NCBI GenBank assembly: GCA_016187225.1
Contig: JACPKC010000006.1
Coordinates: 89,051 to 153,050 of the forward strand
From: Candidatus Berkelbacteria bacterium
GTDB taxonomy: Bacteria > Patescibacteriota > UBA1384 > JACPKC01
Direction: 5' to 3'
DNA length: 64,000 nucleotides
The position numbers and the translations under genes are program-made. The notes beneath the pieces were generated by a model. It saw only the letters and a program-made list of their open reading frames with translations, made no database searches and was not told the origin of the DNA. Shown piece by piece: positions 50,623 through 62,287 of the stretch (position 1 is its first letter; each line of letters opens with the position of its first letter).

Positions 50623-50967
50623 ATGAAGGATAATATCTTAATTGGCCAAGAGGGTGAAAATGAAGCGGCCAAATACCTAGAAGAGCACGATTATAAAATT
50701 ATTACTCGAAACCTACGCCTCAAGAACGGCGAAATCGACATTCTCGCTCAAAAAGATGATGTTTTAATTCTGGTCGAAGTTAAAGCTGGCCGAACTGGTC
50801 GGTATGGTCTTGCCGCTGAAAGAATCAGCGCTAAAAAACGAGCCAAACTTCGGGCGCTCGCCAAGAACCTAGTTCGTCGCTACCCGAATAAACAAATCCG
50901 TCTTGATGCTCTAAATGTTGATGACCGCGGCCAAATCCTACATTTCGAGAACATTCTTGACTGTTAA
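50623..50967 (+). CDS. yraN: YraN family (UPF0102) endonuclease
   Basis: GE.EAA.YL...Y.I..RN.R...GEIDI signature. Confidence 0.8.
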   Translation: MKDNILIGQEGENEAAKYLEEHDYKIITRNLRLKNGEIDILAQKDDVLILVEVKAGRTGRYGLAAERISAKKRAKLRALAKNLVRRYPNKQIRLDALNVDDRGQILHFENILDC

Positions 50968-51605
50968 TTCTCATCGTTAAAATTGAGATCAATTTTGACT
51001 TTACCAGGCGTGATACTGCCGCCGTCTTCAATATCTTTAAATTTGTTGCCGCCGACATCGATATCTAGATCGACATCGGTATTACTCCTCGAGCTGGAAG
51101 TGTTTTCATTCACTGGTGGGTCATCAGTTATGGAAACTTCTCTGTTTATATCGACATCAACCGTTGTCTCGTTGCGGGAATCTTCAAGAGTATTGCTGTT
51201 ATCGACATCAATCGAGATGCCGTGTTCATCGATATTTTCAAGCGGGATCGACTCGCCATTCACCTTAACATCAACCTGGGTTTCTGCCTGTTCGCCACCG
51301 GCTGAAACACTGATTTCCTTGCTTTCCGTTACAGAACTTTGGTTTTCCTGTGATTCAGAGATATCTGTGACCAAGACTTCTGCTTGAACTTCGGGCACTT
51401 TTTCTTCACGCGTTGGTTCTGGCAAAGATAATGTTAACTCTAAAATCGGCGCTGCTTGAGGCACGGAAATTCGAGTTGCGTACAAAAAATCATCAACTCG
51501 ACTTCTGGTCTCAAGATAATTATCGGCCCGGGCGAGTCCAATCCCAAATGAAGCAAGCGTTGCAATACTTGTCACTGCTAGGATGCGTAAAGTTGTTGAA
51601 CTCAT
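50964..51605 (-). CDS. hypothetical secreted acidic repeat protein
   Basis: N-terminal TM/signal. D/E/S/T/N-rich low-complexity body with DVD/IDV repeats. Confidence 0.5.
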   Translation of the reverse strand: MSSTTLRILAVTSIATLASFGIGLARADNYLETRSRVDDFLYATRISVPQAAPILELTLSLPEPTREEKVPEVQAEVLVTDISESQENQSSVTESKEISVSAGGEQAETQVDVKVNGESIPLENIDEHGISIDVDNSNTLEDSRNETTVDVDINREVSITDDPPVNENTSSSRSNTDVDLDIDVGGNKFKDIEDGGSITPGKVKIDLNFNDEN

Positions 51606-51672
51606 CTATTCTCCCATCCTCTCTTACTTTCGACTTTACACGTCGCTTAAATAAATGCAAGGGCGCTACTAT

Positions 51673-52185
51673 TCACTTATGCTTCGCTTTGGCGGCGGAA
51701 ACTTTAGCTTCTGCCTCGGCTTCAGCTTGTTTTTCAGCTTCCACACGCGCCTTCGCTTCAGTCTCGTGTTGAGCTTTGATTTTTTCCTCCTCGGCCTCGG
51801 CTTCCTTCTCTTCCCAAGCAACGAATTCGGCTAACTCGCCCTTGGCGGATCGAGTAATTTGACGGGTGGTGAGATTGCGCACGTAATAAGGACGCGCCTG
51901 GCGGAACTTGATGTGTTTAATTTTTTCGACTTTGGTAATTGAAGGCAGGTGGAGCGGAAAGGTGCGTTCAATGCCGATTCCTCCAGAAATTCGCCGCACC
52001 GTGAAAGTGCCATCCATACCCCGGCCACCACGAACACGCAAAACTAAACCCTCAAAAACTTGGATGCGTTCTTTGTTGCCTTCGCGCACTTTTTGATGCA
52101 CTCGCACTACATCGCCAGCGCGCAAGGTTGGGGTATTCTTTTTTTGCGATCTTGCGCTAACCAGCGCAAGTAGCTTAGCATGCAT
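51673..52185 (-). CDS. rplS: 50S ribosomal protein L19 with Lys/Ala/Glu-rich C-terminal extension
   Basis: L19 core plus ~55-aa KAE-rich tail. Confidence 0.9.
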   Translation of the reverse strand: MHAKLLALVSARSQKKNTPTLRAGDVVRVHQKVREGNKERIQVFEGLVLRVRGGRGMDGTFTVRRISGGIGIERTFPLHLPSITKVEKIKHIKFRQARPYYVRNLTTRQITRSAKGELAEFVAWEEKEAEAEEEKIKAQHETEAKARVEAEKQAEAEAEAKVSAAKAKHK

Positions 52186-52474
52186 TATTTCCCCCCGATT
52201 TAGACTCTACATTTACTAATTGAACAGAATGCAAGGCGCCGGTAAAACGGTGTTGGCGTTTGCGTTCAAATTTTACTGTGCCGGCAACGAGCGACACCAA
52301 TGTGTCATCGCCAGCGCGCAAAACATTCTTACCAGGATGATATTTAGTGCCACGCTGACGGACAAGCACTTCGCCTGCATTCACTTGTTGACCGCCAAAA
52401 CGCTTGACACCGAGTCGTTTCGATTCTGAATCGCGACCAAGTCGAGTTGAGCCAGCCGCTTTCTTATGTGCCAT
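52175..52474 (-). CDS. rpmA: 50S ribosomal protein L27
   Basis: [28 protein letters not shown] signature. Confidence 0.9.
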   Translation of the reverse strand: MAHKKAAGSTRLGRDSESKRLGVKRFGGQQVNAGEVLVRQRGTKYHPGKNVLRAGDDTLVSLVAGTVKFERKRQHRFTGALHSVQLVNVESKSGGNNAC

Positions 52475-53651
52475 AGATTAACCTAACAATGTCCCGACCA
52501 ATAATTTGATTTGAGCGTTTCACCCGAAATGAATCGACCATATGGTAACCAAACCGAGAAAACTTGTCAATGAAGCGATCGAGAAGCGACAAAGTTTGAA
52601 AGGCGGGAAAAACGATGACCGCCCCGGCTTGAGACTTTAAAATTTTCTGACCAGCGCGTAGGAGATTTGTAAATAACGGTTCAAGTTTGGTTAAAATCCG
52701 ATTTTGTTCTTCAAGTGATGGCAACGAGCGCCGGGGAGCGCCTAAAAACGGTTCAGTAATGATTAAATCGACTGATTGCGATGAAAGCGCCTCCGACAGT
52801 TTTTCAACTCTTGCCTGAATCAGATATTCACCCGGTAGCGACAGGTGGTATTCTTTCGAGAGCCAACTTAAATTTGCGCGAGTGTCTTGGAGCGCCTGTG
52901 GGTCGCTATCCGCGCCTAAAATCTGGGCGCCGACGAGTCGCGCTTCAATTAAGATTCGTCCGGCGCCGACACAGGGATCAAGGACGAATGGCTGGGCTTG
53001 GTTCGACACTAGACCGCGGCCAAGATTAACCATAATACGGGCAAGCTTTGGGGGTAACATCCCACGCTTTACATCGATGCGCGGTAAAGCGCGATCGCGC
53101 TTCGTGAAAGCATCAATATCTTGATTGGCTTGGATTAAAATAATCACCGCGCTTTGAGCTTCACCCAGAATTAACACTTCTTCAGTACAACTTTTTGCCT
53201 GCGCCGCCGAAATGAGTGCGCCGCGAGCAGGCAGTTTAAAGGCATGAATGAGTTTTAGTTTCTTCAAGCCAAGACCGATTTTTTGAGGCGATAACTTAGA
53301 GTGCAATATTGAGACGCCAAGAGTTCGACCCGGCTTCTTGAGCACTTTAGCCAAAGCCACAAGAACGGAAGCGAGATTCGACGAAGTAATTGCCTCAACT
53401 TGCCCAAGTTTAACGGCGCCTCCTAATGCATCAAACCATTCAGTATCCAGAACGCGAGGCGTTTTGACGCGAATGATGTCGCTTGTTAGCGTGAGATTAG
53501 AAATCGGCAATCGACTCACACGCAACATCGCTCGAATTTCTTCGAGCGAAAGCCGTGGTACTCGACCCGGCAAAATAATATAATCGTTGATTGTATCTTT
53601 GATCATTTTGATAAAAATATGAGCTTCGTCCACCTGCATACTCACAGCCAC
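52464..53651 (-). CDS. putative RNA methyltransferase (class I SAM MTase, THUMP/TRM11-like)
   Basis: [13 protein letters not shown] motif I and TEPF motif IV. Confidence 0.55.
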   Translation of the reverse strand: MAVSMQVDEAHIFIKMIKDTINDYIILPGRVPRLSLEEIRAMLRVSRLPISNLTLTSDIIRVKTPRVLDTEWFDALGGAVKLGQVEAITSSNLASVLVALAKVLKKPGRTLGVSILHSKLSPQKIGLGLKKLKLIHAFKLPARGALISAAQAKSCTEEVLILGEAQSAVIILIQANQDIDAFTKRDRALPRIDVKRGMLPPKLARIMVNLGRGLVSNQAQPFVLDPCVGAGRILIEARLVGAQILGADSDPQALQDTRANLSWLSKEYHLSLPGEYLIQARVEKLSEALSSQSVDLIITEPFLGAPRRSLPSLEEQNRILTKLEPLFTNLLRAGQKILKSQAGAVIVFPAFQTLSLLDRFIDKFSRFGYHMVDSFRVKRSNQIIGRDIVRLIYGT

Positions 53652-56600
53652 TACTCACTCCTCGACGGCCTTTCAAAAATTGATGGCCTGATTGAACGTG
53701 CTCAAAATCTTGGCATGCCGGCGCTCGCGCTAACCGATCATGGCGTAATGTATGGAGCGATCGAATTTTACCAGAAGGCAACCCAGGCGGGAATCAAACC
53801 GATCATCGGCGTTGAGGCCTACATGGCGCGGCGCACGCTCCACGATCGCGAGGCGCGACTCGACAGCCGACCCCACCATCTAACCTTACTGGCGCGCAAT
53901 GAAACCGGCTATAAAAATTTGATCAAAATGATCTCAATCGCCCATTTAGAGGGTTTTTACTATCGGCCGCGGATCGATAAAGATCTACTCGCCCACTCGG
54001 CTGAAGGTATTATTGTACTGACAGGATGTCTTAACAGCGAGTTGTCGCGTTTAATCATCGACAATCAGCTCGAAGCCGCTCGAGAACTCCTTGAATACTA
54101 CATGACATCGATTGGCCGCGAGCATGTTTATCTTGAAATCCAGCATCACCCTGCCCTGCAAGATCAGATTAAAGTTAATCTCGTCTTGGCGGAAATGAGC
54201 CGCAAATTAAAACTGCCGCTTGTCGCTACGGGTGACAGTCATTACTTAAACCACGACGACCAAGAGGCGCATGAAATTTTACTGGCGGTTTCAACAGGCG
54301 GCAAAGACGCCGACGATGCTGATCGCATGTCGCTCAAAGATGTCGACCTTTCGCTTGCCAGCCTTGACGAGGTGAAAACCAAATTTTCAGGTTTCGAAGG
54401 AGCGGTTGAAAATACGCTTAAAGTTGCCGAATCAGTTAATCTCCAGTTTGAGCTTGGGCAGAATATCTTGCCGAAGTTTCCCCTGCCTAAAGAGCAAATC
54501 GAAGCACAAACCTACTTCAAAGAACTGGCTTGGAAAGGGCTTGAACGCCTCTATGGTCAAAAAAATCAAACCGCCGCCGATCGACTCGAATATGAAGTTG
54601 GCGTGATCGGACGAATGGGTTTTGCCGACTACTTCTTGATTGTTCAAGATTTTGTTAATTGGTCGAAGCAGAACGGCATCGTTGTCGGCCCGGGGCGAGG
54701 TTCAGTTGCCGGCTCGATCGCCGCTTACTGTCTGGGCATTACCAGCCTCGATCCGCTTAAATATGACTTACTCTTTGAACGTTTCTTAAACCCCGATCGT
54801 GTCTCAATGCCGGACATCGATATCGACTTCGCCGACGATCGACGCGACGAAGTGCTTACTTATGTGCAAAATAAATATGGCCAAGATCGAGTGGCGCAAA
54901 TTATTACCTTTGGCACGATGGCGGCGCGCGGTTCAGTGCGCGATGTCGCGCGATCGCTTGGTCTTACATTCGCCGACGGCGATCGAATCGCCAAGTTAAT
55001 CCCAAGTAAGCCAGGTACAACTCTTAAAGGCGCTCTGGCCGATGTTAAAGAACTTAAAGCAATCTACGACGCCGAGCCGCCAATGAAACACCTCCTAGAT
55101 ATGGCGATGAAACTCGAAGGCGTTGCGCGCCACGCCTCCACACATGCCTGCGGCGTCGTAATTGCGGACAAACCCCTGACTGAATATCTCCCGCTTGCCA
55201 CCAATCAGAAGGGGCCCATGCAGGCTCTAACTCAATTTGGCATGAAAGACTGTGAGGCAATTGGTCTCTTAAAAATGGACTTTCTCGGACTTTCGAACTT
55301 AACCGTCATTAAAAACGCTCTGCGCATTCTTCGCAAACGCCGCGGAATTGAAGTCGAGATCGATAATTTGCCGCTCGACGATAAGCCAACTTACGAACTC
55401 CTATCGCGCGGTGAAACAACCGGTGTGTTTCAGCTGGAATCAGAGGGCATTAAGCGCTATCTCAAGGAGCTTAAACCAAGTGAGTTTGAGGATATTATTG
55501 CGATGTGCGCTCTCTATCGCCCCGGTCCGATGGATTTCATTCCGGATTTTATCGCCTGTAAGCATGGTCGCAAAGCGATAAATTATCTTCATCCAAGTAT
55601 GGAAACTGTTCTCAAACCCACTTACGGCATTATGATTTATCAAGAGCAGATGATGAATCTTTCGCGCCTCCTAGCCGGCTTCACTCAAGGCGAGGCCGAC
55701 ACGCTCCGCAAAGGCGTTGGTAAAAAAATTAAGGCCTTGCTCGATAAAATTGAATCCAAGTTTATCGAGGGTTGCATTAAAGTTGGTTATCTAACACGCG
55801 CTCAAGCCGAACAGCTCTGGCAAGAATGGCTAGCTTGGGCCCGCTACGGTTTTAATAAAAGTCATGCCGCTTGTTATGCTTTAATCGCTTATCAAACTGC
55901 TTATCTCAAAGCTCACTACCCCGCCGAGTTTATGGCGGCGCTGATGACTTCGGACATTCATAACCTCGATCGCATCTCAATTGAAATCACCGAGGCTGAA
56001 AAAATGGGCTTGAAAGTTTTACCGCCATCTGTGAATGAATCTTTTGTGGAGTTCGGTGTTGTGAGCGAAGGAAAGCGAGAAGTGATTCGCTTCGGATTAG
56101 CTGGCATAAAAAATATTGGCGATGCCGTTGCCGAACAAATTGTCAACGAACGTAAGAAGAGTAATCGCTATGCGAGTCTAGAAGACTTTGCAAGTCGTTT
56201 GGGCGCAAATTCAATCAACCGTAAGACCTTGGAAACGCTTGCGATGTGCGGCGCACTTGATGAGTTGGGAGAACGCCAACAAATTCTCGACAACGTCGAC
56301 ATGATTCTCAAATTTGTTAACACACTTGAAAAACAGCGTTCAAGTACTCAAGTGAGTTTGTTTGGAGAATTAAAAGATAATTCGGCGCCGCTCGCCCATT
56401 TACAATTTGTAGCCGGCACACCAGCGCCCAAACAGCAACGACTCGCCTGGGAAAGAGAACTTCTCTCGGTTTATGTAAGCGAACACCCACTAGATGAATT
56501 CAAGGAAAAATTGGCCAAAGTAGAGACTCAAATCAGCGATCTTGCAAGTAAAAAAGTTGAGGAAAAAATAACGATCGGCGGAATTTTAACGACCGTTAAA

Positions 56601-57104
56601 CAAATAACGACGAGGGCAGGCGATGCAATGGCGTTCGCCACGCTAGAAGACTACACCGGAAACGTTGAATTAGTCGTCTTTCCGCGAACCTATAAGGAAA
56701 ACCTAACTATCTGGCGGGTAGATCGTCTGCTTTTAGTGCGAGGCAAGATCAATGAGAAAGATGGCCAAAAGAAAATTTTAGTTGAGAGCGCAACCGATCT
56801 GTCAGAAGCGATCATTCGAACTAGACAGAAAAAAACTTTGCCGACGAGTGTTGCGCCAACGCAAGCAATGAGCGGTGCGGCACGCGAACTTCATCTTATA
56901 CTTGATACGAACGTAGACAAAATGTCGCTTGCAACGCTCAAAGAGACGCTCTCTCAAACTCCGGGCCAAACGCCGGTTTATTGCACATTAAGTGGCAAAC
57001 ATGCTCGTCGATTAGATACCCATCTCCAGGTCGCGGTTTCAGATGAACTTTTATCAGTGTTGCAAAAACAACTTGGTCAAGAGAGAATTCTAGTCATTCA
57101 ATAA
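53619..57104 (+). CDS. dnaE: DNA polymerase III subunit alpha
   Basis: PHP domain at the N-terminus ([15 protein letters not shown]), polymerase core, and OB fold. Confidence 0.95.
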   Translation: MSFVHLHTHSHYSLLDGLSKIDGLIERAQNLGMPALALTDHGVMYGAIEFYQKATQAGIKPIIGVEAYMARRTLHDREARLDSRPHHLTLLARNETGYKNLIKMISIAHLEGFYYRPRIDKDLLAHSAEGIIVLTGCLNSELSRLIIDNQLEAARELLEYYMTSIGREHVYLEIQHHPALQDQIKVNLVLAEMSRKLKLPLVATGDSHYLNHDDQEAHEILLAVSTGGKDADDADRMSLKDVDLSLASLDEVKTKFSGFEGAVENTLKVAESVNLQFELGQNILPKFPLPKEQIEAQTYFKELAWKGLERLYGQKNQTAADRLEYEVGVIGRMGFADYFLIVQDFVNWSKQNGIVVGPGRGSVAGSIAAYCLGITSLDPLKYDLLFERFLNPDRVSMPDIDIDFADDRRDEVLTYVQNKYGQDRVAQIITFGTMAARGSVRDVARSLGLTFADGDRIAKLIPSKPGTTLKGALADVKELKAIYDAEPPMKHLLDMAMKLEGVARHASTHACGVVIADKPLTEYLPLATNQKGPMQALTQFGMKDCEAIGLLKMDFLGLSNLTVIKNALRILRKRRGIEVEIDNLPLDDKPTYELLSRGETTGVFQLESEGIKRYLKELKPSEFEDIIAMCALYRPGPMDFIPDFIACKHGRKAINYLHPSMETVLKPTYGIMIYQEQMMNLSRLLAGFTQGEADTLRKGVGKKIKALLDKIESKFIEGCIKVGYLTRAQAEQLWQEWLAWARYGFNKSHAACYALIAYQTAYLKAHYPAEFMAALMTSDIHNLDRISIEITEAEKMGLKVLPPSVNESFVEFGVVSEGKREVIRFGLAGIKNIGDAVAEQIVNERKKSNRYASLEDFASRLGANSINRKTLETLAMCGALDELGERQQILDNVDMILKFVNTLEKQRSSTQVSLFGELKDNSAPLAHLQFVAGTPAPKQQRLAWERELLSVYVSEHPLDEFKEKLAKVETQISDLASKKVEEKITIGGILTTVKQITTRAGDAMAFATLEDYTGNVELVVFPRTYKENLTIWRVDRLLLVRGKINEKDGQKKILVESATDLSEAIIRTRQKKTLPTSVAPTQAMSGAARELHLILDTNVDKMSLATLKETLSQTPGQTPVYCTLSGKHARRLDTHLQVAVSDELLSVLQKQLGQERILVIQ

Positions 57105-57127
57105 TATATTTGAATTCAAGGAGGAAT

Positions 57128-58381
57128 ATGGCGGGTGAAAATCCATTTGAAAGTATGCGCGAGTTGGTGCGCGAAGCGGCTCAAACTCTTAAACTTGAAA
57201 CTGGAATCCTCGAACACCTGCTCGTTCCGGAGCGTGTGATTCATGTTAGCCTCCCGCTCCGCCGCGACACCGGCGAGGTAAATATCTACCAAGGTTACCG
57301 CGTCCAGTATTCTAACGTTCGTGGACCCTATAAAGGGGGACTGCGTTTTCATCCCGACGTCAACGAGAACGAGATCAAGGCGCTCGCCGGCTGGATGACT
57401 TGGAAATGCGCGGTTGCCGATATTCCTTACGGCGGTAGTAAGGGTGGCATCGTGGTTGATCCGAAAACATTATCAGCCGCTGAAAAAGAGCGTTTGAGTC
57501 GAACGTTTGTGCGCGCCCTAGCCTCCGTCATCGGCCCGCGACGGGATATTCCGGCGCCAGATGTGAACACCAACAGTCAAATCATGGCTTGGATGGTCGA
57601 CGAGTATAGCCAACTCCAAGGAGAGTTTACGCCTGGCGTCATTACTGGCAAGCCCCTCGAATTAGGCGGCTCGCTTGGGCGCGACATAGCCACAGCCCAA
57701 GGCGGAGTCGAGGTTTTACTGGCGTACTTAAAAACACTCAAACGATCAGCGCAGAGTTTGCGAGTTGTCATCCAAGGCTTTGGCAATGCTGGCGAACACG
57801 CCGCTCAAATTCTAACTTTAAAAGGAATGAAAATTATCGCCGTTTCTGATTCAAAAGGCGGCATCTATGCAACCGAGGGTTTCAATCTTGAAACCCTAGC
57901 AACAATTAAAAAAGCAAAACAAACGCATGGAAGTGTGAGCGCATTTGAGAAAAGTCGCAAAATCAGCAACACCGACTTACTGGAACTTGAGACCGACATT
58001 TTGATTCCGGCGGCGCTTGAAAATCAAATCACCAGAGAAAATGCGGCGCGGATTAAAACTTCGATCATTTTAGAACTCGCCAACGGACCGACAACGCCCG
58101 AAGCCGATGCGATTCTTGCTCGGAAAAATGTTACGGTGATTCCGGATATTCTCGCAAATTCTGGCGGCGTGACGGTGAGCTATTTTGAGTGGGTTCAGAA
58201 TTTAACAGGCGATTCTTGGACGCGCGAGCTGGTATTCGAGCGCTTAACGCAAAAAATGGAGCAAGCGCTCGCAACCCTGCTCGTAACCGCCAAACGTCAT
58301 CAAACTTCTCTGCGCAAAGCCGCTTACCTGGTTGCTATTGAGCGCGTTGCCCGCGCGCTCAAAATGCGAGGCGGGTTATAA
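57128..58381 (+). CDS. gdh: Glu/Leu/Phe/Val dehydrogenase (glutamate dehydrogenase)
   Basis: GG.KGG catalytic lysine region. Start at the ATG after the AAGGAGG RBS. Confidence 0.9.
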   Translation: MAGENPFESMRELVREAAQTLKLETGILEHLLVPERVIHVSLPLRRDTGEVNIYQGYRVQYSNVRGPYKGGLRFHPDVNENEIKALAGWMTWKCAVADIPYGGSKGGIVVDPKTLSAAEKERLSRTFVRALASVIGPRRDIPAPDVNTNSQIMAWMVDEYSQLQGEFTPGVITGKPLELGGSLGRDIATAQGGVEVLLAYLKTLKRSAQSLRVVIQGFGNAGEHAAQILTLKGMKIIAVSDSKGGIYATEGFNLETLATIKKAKQTHGSVSAFEKSRKISNTDLLELETDILIPAALENQITRENAARIKTSIILELANGPTTPEADAILARKNVTVIPDILANSGGVTVSYFEWVQNLTGDSWTRELVFERLTQKMEQALATLLVTAKRHQTSLRKAAYLVAIERVARALKMRGGL

Positions 58382-58399
58382 CGTGATACCATGTGAGCG

Positions 58400-59833
58400 A
58401 TGAAAAAACATGCCAGTCAGGTTCGAGTTAGATTTGCCCCCTCGCCGACGGGTGAATTGCATCTTGGAAGCGCGCGCACCGCGCTCTACAATTTTTTGTT
58501 TGCCAAAAAAAATCAAGGCGTTTTTATTATTCGCATCGAAGATACCGATCAAAAACGCTATGTGCCAGGCAGTATGGAGCGATTCTTCAAGGACTTAGCC
58601 TGGCTTGGCTTAAAACCCGATGAGGGACCATATATCCAATCGGAACGCCGCGACCGACACTTGGAGGTTGCGCAGGAACTAATTGAACGCGGCGCGGCTT
58701 ATTACGATTTTTCAGAGGGATTAGGCGCCGGCGAAAAACATGCCGACCTTGAATATCGCCAAGGTCGCGGCGTCTACCGCGGCCAAGATCGCGATTTGCC
58801 ACTTCAAGAGGCTAAGGAAAAAGCCCAAAACGCGCTCTTTGCAATCCGTCTTAAGATACCTCAATCAGGCGCCTGCATGCTCAAGGACCAAGTTCGAGGC
58901 AAGATAACTTTTGATTACTCTACGGTTGATGATACCGTTTTACTTAAACGCGACGGTCTGGCAACCTATCATTTGGCCGCAATGACAGATGACCATGATC
59001 TCAAGATCACCCATGTTTTTCGCTCGGAAGAATGGCTCTCAAGCACGCCCAAGCATCTCTTTATTTATGAAGCGATGGGTTGGTCTTTGCCTGAATTCGC
59101 GCATCTCCCCTTAATCTTGGCGCCCGATGGCAAGAAACTTAGCAAGCGTCTGCATGGCGCTTCAGTTTGGGTTGCGACTTATCGCGAACGTGGTTATCTG
59201 CCGGAAGCGCTGATTAACTATCTTGCCTTGCTCGGCTGGAATCCGGGCGGCAACCAAGAAATTTTTACCCTGGAAGAATTGATCAATTCTTTTTCCCTTG
59301 AGCGTATCCACCTCGCCGGCGCTAAATTTGACCAAGAAAAGCTTGATGCCTTTCAAACCCATTATGTTCGGACCTATCCGATTGAAAAACTCGCCGACCA
59401 GCTCAAAACTTTTTTGCCTCAAACAATCGATTCAGCCTTCCTTAGCAGACTCATTACAATTTCCCAAAATCGCATGGGGCCACTGGCTGACTTTCCCAGT
59501 TTCATTGCCTCGTTTCTGACACTGTCCGAATATCCACCCGAACTCTTGGTTTTTCGAAAATCAACTCGCGAAAATACACGCACTGGCTTGCAAGCCGCGT
59601 CTGACGCACTCGAAAAAACCGCACCCGCAACCTGGCAAGCTGAACCCAAGTTAGCCTCGCTTCTTGACCAAGTCGTCTCGCAAACCCAACTCGCGAACGG
59701 CGACGTTTTCTGGCCAGTCCGCGTAGCGCTCACCGGCGCTGAACGTTCACCGGCGCCAGCGGAATGCCTCTGGGCACTTGGCCGCGCAAAAAGTTTGAAT
59801 CGGCTTCGAAACGCTCTTAAAAAAATATGTTAA
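58400..59833 (+). CDS. gltX: glutamate--tRNA ligase
   Basis: HIGH-type (HLGSART) and KLSKR motifs. Confidence 0.9.
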   Translation: MKKHASQVRVRFAPSPTGELHLGSARTALYNFLFAKKNQGVFIIRIEDTDQKRYVPGSMERFFKDLAWLGLKPDEGPYIQSERRDRHLEVAQELIERGAAYYDFSEGLGAGEKHADLEYRQGRGVYRGQDRDLPLQEAKEKAQNALFAIRLKIPQSGACMLKDQVRGKITFDYSTVDDTVLLKRDGLATYHLAAMTDDHDLKITHVFRSEEWLSSTPKHLFIYEAMGWSLPEFAHLPLILAPDGKKLSKRLHGASVWVATYRERGYLPEALINYLALLGWNPGGNQEIFTLEELINSFSLERIHLAGAKFDQEKLDAFQTHYVRTYPIEKLADQLKTFLPQTIDSAFLSRLITISQNRMGPLADFPSFIASFLTLSEYPPELLVFRKSTRENTRTGLQAASDALEKTAPATWQAEPKLASLLDQVVSQTQLANGDVFWPVRVALTGAERSPAPAECLWALGRAKSLNRLRNALKKIC

Positions 59834-61425
59834 AAGCTTTACGATCTTTAGTTACGCATAAAAATTCTCTCTTGGGAGCGACTCTGCTTTTGGTTGGCAC
59901 AACGCTCGCTTCAAATTTTCTCGGCCTTCTACGAGATCGCTTTTTCGCCCAAAAAATTCCAACCGACCTTCTCGACACCTACTTTGCCGCCTTCAGAATT
60001 CCGGATCTTATCTTTAATCTCTTAATTTTGGGCTCGATCACCGCCGCCTTTATTCCAGTTTTTCTGGAATATCGCAAAAAAAGCGAGGCCGAAGCTTGGC
60101 GGATTACCCAAAGCATCTTCACTATTAGCATTATTGTCCTAATTATACTCGCCCTTCTTCTTGGCATCGCCATGCCCTGGCTTATCCCGCTGATCGTGCC
60201 CAAATTTTCACCCGAAAAACAACGGCTTACTCTCGAACTGACACGCTTGCTCTTAATCCAACCGATCTTTTTTGGTCTCTCTTATCTATTTTCAGGCATC
60301 TTAAATGCGCTTAAGCGTTTCTTTGTTTATGCCCTGGCGCCACTGGTTTATACGAGTGTTATCATTCTGGCCACGGTTCTATTTGCGGATCAGTTTGGAG
60401 TTTATGCGCCCGTCTGGGGCGTCGTTATAGGTTCATTTTTACACATGTTCATTCAATTTTTGGCGGCTTGCCGAGTGGGCTTTGTCCCAGCCTTAAATTT
60501 TTCTCTTGCGCATCCAGCGGTCCGCAAGATCGTCCGCTTAATGATTCCTCGTTCCATTGGCTTAGGCGCTTTACAGCTCATGCTGATCGCCTTCACAGCC
60601 ATCGCCTCATCGCTCGGCAGTGGTTCAGTGGCGGTTTATAATTTGGCAGATAACATTCAAACTATGCCAACGGCCGTTTTCGGCTTGGCGTTTATCACCG
60701 CGCTCTACCCAACCCTCTCTGAATCAACTACGCAACTTGCCAAAAGACGTTTCAGCCAACTCTTAACCGACGGCATCCGTTATTTATTTGTGATTTTAGT
60801 TCCGGCAGGGATCGGACTGATTCTTCTGCGAGCGCAAACCGTTCGTTTAATCCTTGGCACCGGGTTTTTCGGCTGGGAAGCGACCATCGCCACGGCCGAC
60901 ACGCTGGGTTTATTTGCTCTTGGTTTGATCTTTCATGCCCTAACCATACTTCTTTCGCGAGCGTTCTACGCCCTCCACAACACCCGCACTCCAACTCTCC
61001 TGATGGTGATGGGCTACAGTTGCGCCATTGTTTCCGGCTACTTCTTGACTCGTCCCGAGGGCCTCAATCTAGGCGTGCCCGGCCTCGCTCTAGCGTTTGT
61101 GCTCGGCAATCTCTTGAGCAGTCTTTTGCTGTATTGCAAACTCCGGGCCCAGACTCCGATTCTCAAAGAATATGAGGGAGACTTCCTGGTTCTATTTGGC
61201 CAACTCGCCGCCGCAATTTTAGCGCTCATTGTGAGCGTGCAATTTACCAAGGAAGGTCTCGCCAGCGTTGTCGACATGGATCGATTTTGGGGAGTCCTCG
61301 CACAGACTCTGGGTGCGATTCTCGCCGGAAGCATCAGCTATAGTCTGGTCCTTTCCTGGTTTGGAGTGACTGAAATTCAGAAGGTGCCAAAATTTATTTG
61401 GACTCGCTTAAATGGCGGACGGTGA
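59827..61425 (+). CDS. murJ: lipid II flippase MurJ
   Basis: 14-TM MOP-superfamily pattern. Confidence 0.85.
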   Translation: MLKALRSLVTHKNSLLGATLLLVGTTLASNFLGLLRDRFFAQKIPTDLLDTYFAAFRIPDLIFNLLILGSITAAFIPVFLEYRKKSEAEAWRITQSIFTISIIVLIILALLLGIAMPWLIPLIVPKFSPEKQRLTLELTRLLLIQPIFFGLSYLFSGILNALKRFFVYALAPLVYTSVIILATVLFADQFGVYAPVWGVVIGSFLHMFIQFLAACRVGFVPALNFSLAHPAVRKIVRLMIPRSIGLGALQLMLIAFTAIASSLGSGSVAVYNLADNIQTMPTAVFGLAFITALYPTLSESTTQLAKRRFSQLLTDGIRYLFVILVPAGIGLILLRAQTVRLILGTGFFGWEATIATADTLGLFALGLIFHALTILLSRAFYALHNTRTPTLLMVMGYSCAIVSGYFLTRPEGLNLGVPGLALAFVLGNLLSSLLLYCKLRAQTPILKEYEGDFLVLFGQLAAAILALIVSVQFTKEGLASVVDMDRFWGVLAQTLGAILAGSISYSLVLSWFGVTEIQKVPKFIWTRLNGGR

Positions 61426-61569
61426 TAATAAAGAATTTTACGCTGATCTAGATACGGTCAAAAACCAAGGCCGGGGTTCATGCTGTACAGTCTGGAGTTT
61501 TTTCTTGCTCTTCGGTACACTGCTTATCCTGGGCATAGGCCTGATTATGATTCTCATATAAGGAGCGAA

Positions 61570-62271
61570 ATGGTAGTTGTTAAACAGTCATTCGATCCGA
61601 CAGCCGAACCGAAGAGAAGGAATAAAGGTCAGAAAGATAAAGAATTCTACGCCGACCTCGATCGCGCCAAAAAACGTTTTACTTGTTTTTCCTGCTCGGG
61701 CTGTTTGGGAATCTTAATTCTGATTTTGCTCGCCGCGATCACCGGCATTCTCTTTGTGATTGCCCTGACTGGGTTTGAAGTACCTTTGATGACGAAACTG
61801 GTTTACAAACCGCCAACGCCAATTCGAGTCGTCGCACCGGCTGGAACGGAAAATATCGATGATCTAATTGAACAAAAACTCATGAATGGTCTGAAAACTG
61901 GCAAGCTCATTCTTACCGAACAGGAAATAACTGCTGCTCTGCGCGAGCCAAGTCAGAGTGGTGAATTGGCGCTCAAGCAGGGCCAAGTGTCAATTGATGA
62001 TGACCAAGCTGAAATTTATGGTCAAGTTACTCTTGTGGCCAATCAACCAATGATCGTGCGAGCAATTGTTGTGCCGAGCAGGACTGGAAACAGTTTAGAA
62101 CTTAAAAAATTATATCTGGGTAATCTGAATTTGCCGATCGAAATTGCTCGATCAGTTGCGGAAACTCTGCGAATGCCAACCTCCCTCGACCTCACTCCGT
62201 TTGGAATTTCTGGTGTTGATTTTCAGACCGGAGCACTTTCGGCCAAAGCAATCCTACCAGAACAAGAATAA
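61570..62271 (+). CDS. hypothetical membrane-anchored protein
   Basis: AAGGAG RBS 5 nt before the ATG. One TM helix. Confidence 0.5.
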   Translation: MVVVKQSFDPTAEPKRRNKGQKDKEFYADLDRAKKRFTCFSCSGCLGILILILLAAITGILFVIALTGFEVPLMTKLVYKPPTPIRVVAPAGTENIDDLIEQKLMNGLKTGKLILTEQEITAALREPSQSGELALKQGQVSIDDDQAEIYGQVTLVANQPMIVRAIVVPSRTGNSLELKKLYLGNLNLPIEIARSVAETLRMPTSLDLTPFGISGVDFQTGALSAKAILPEQE

Positions 62272-62287
62272 CTTACTACATCTTAAT

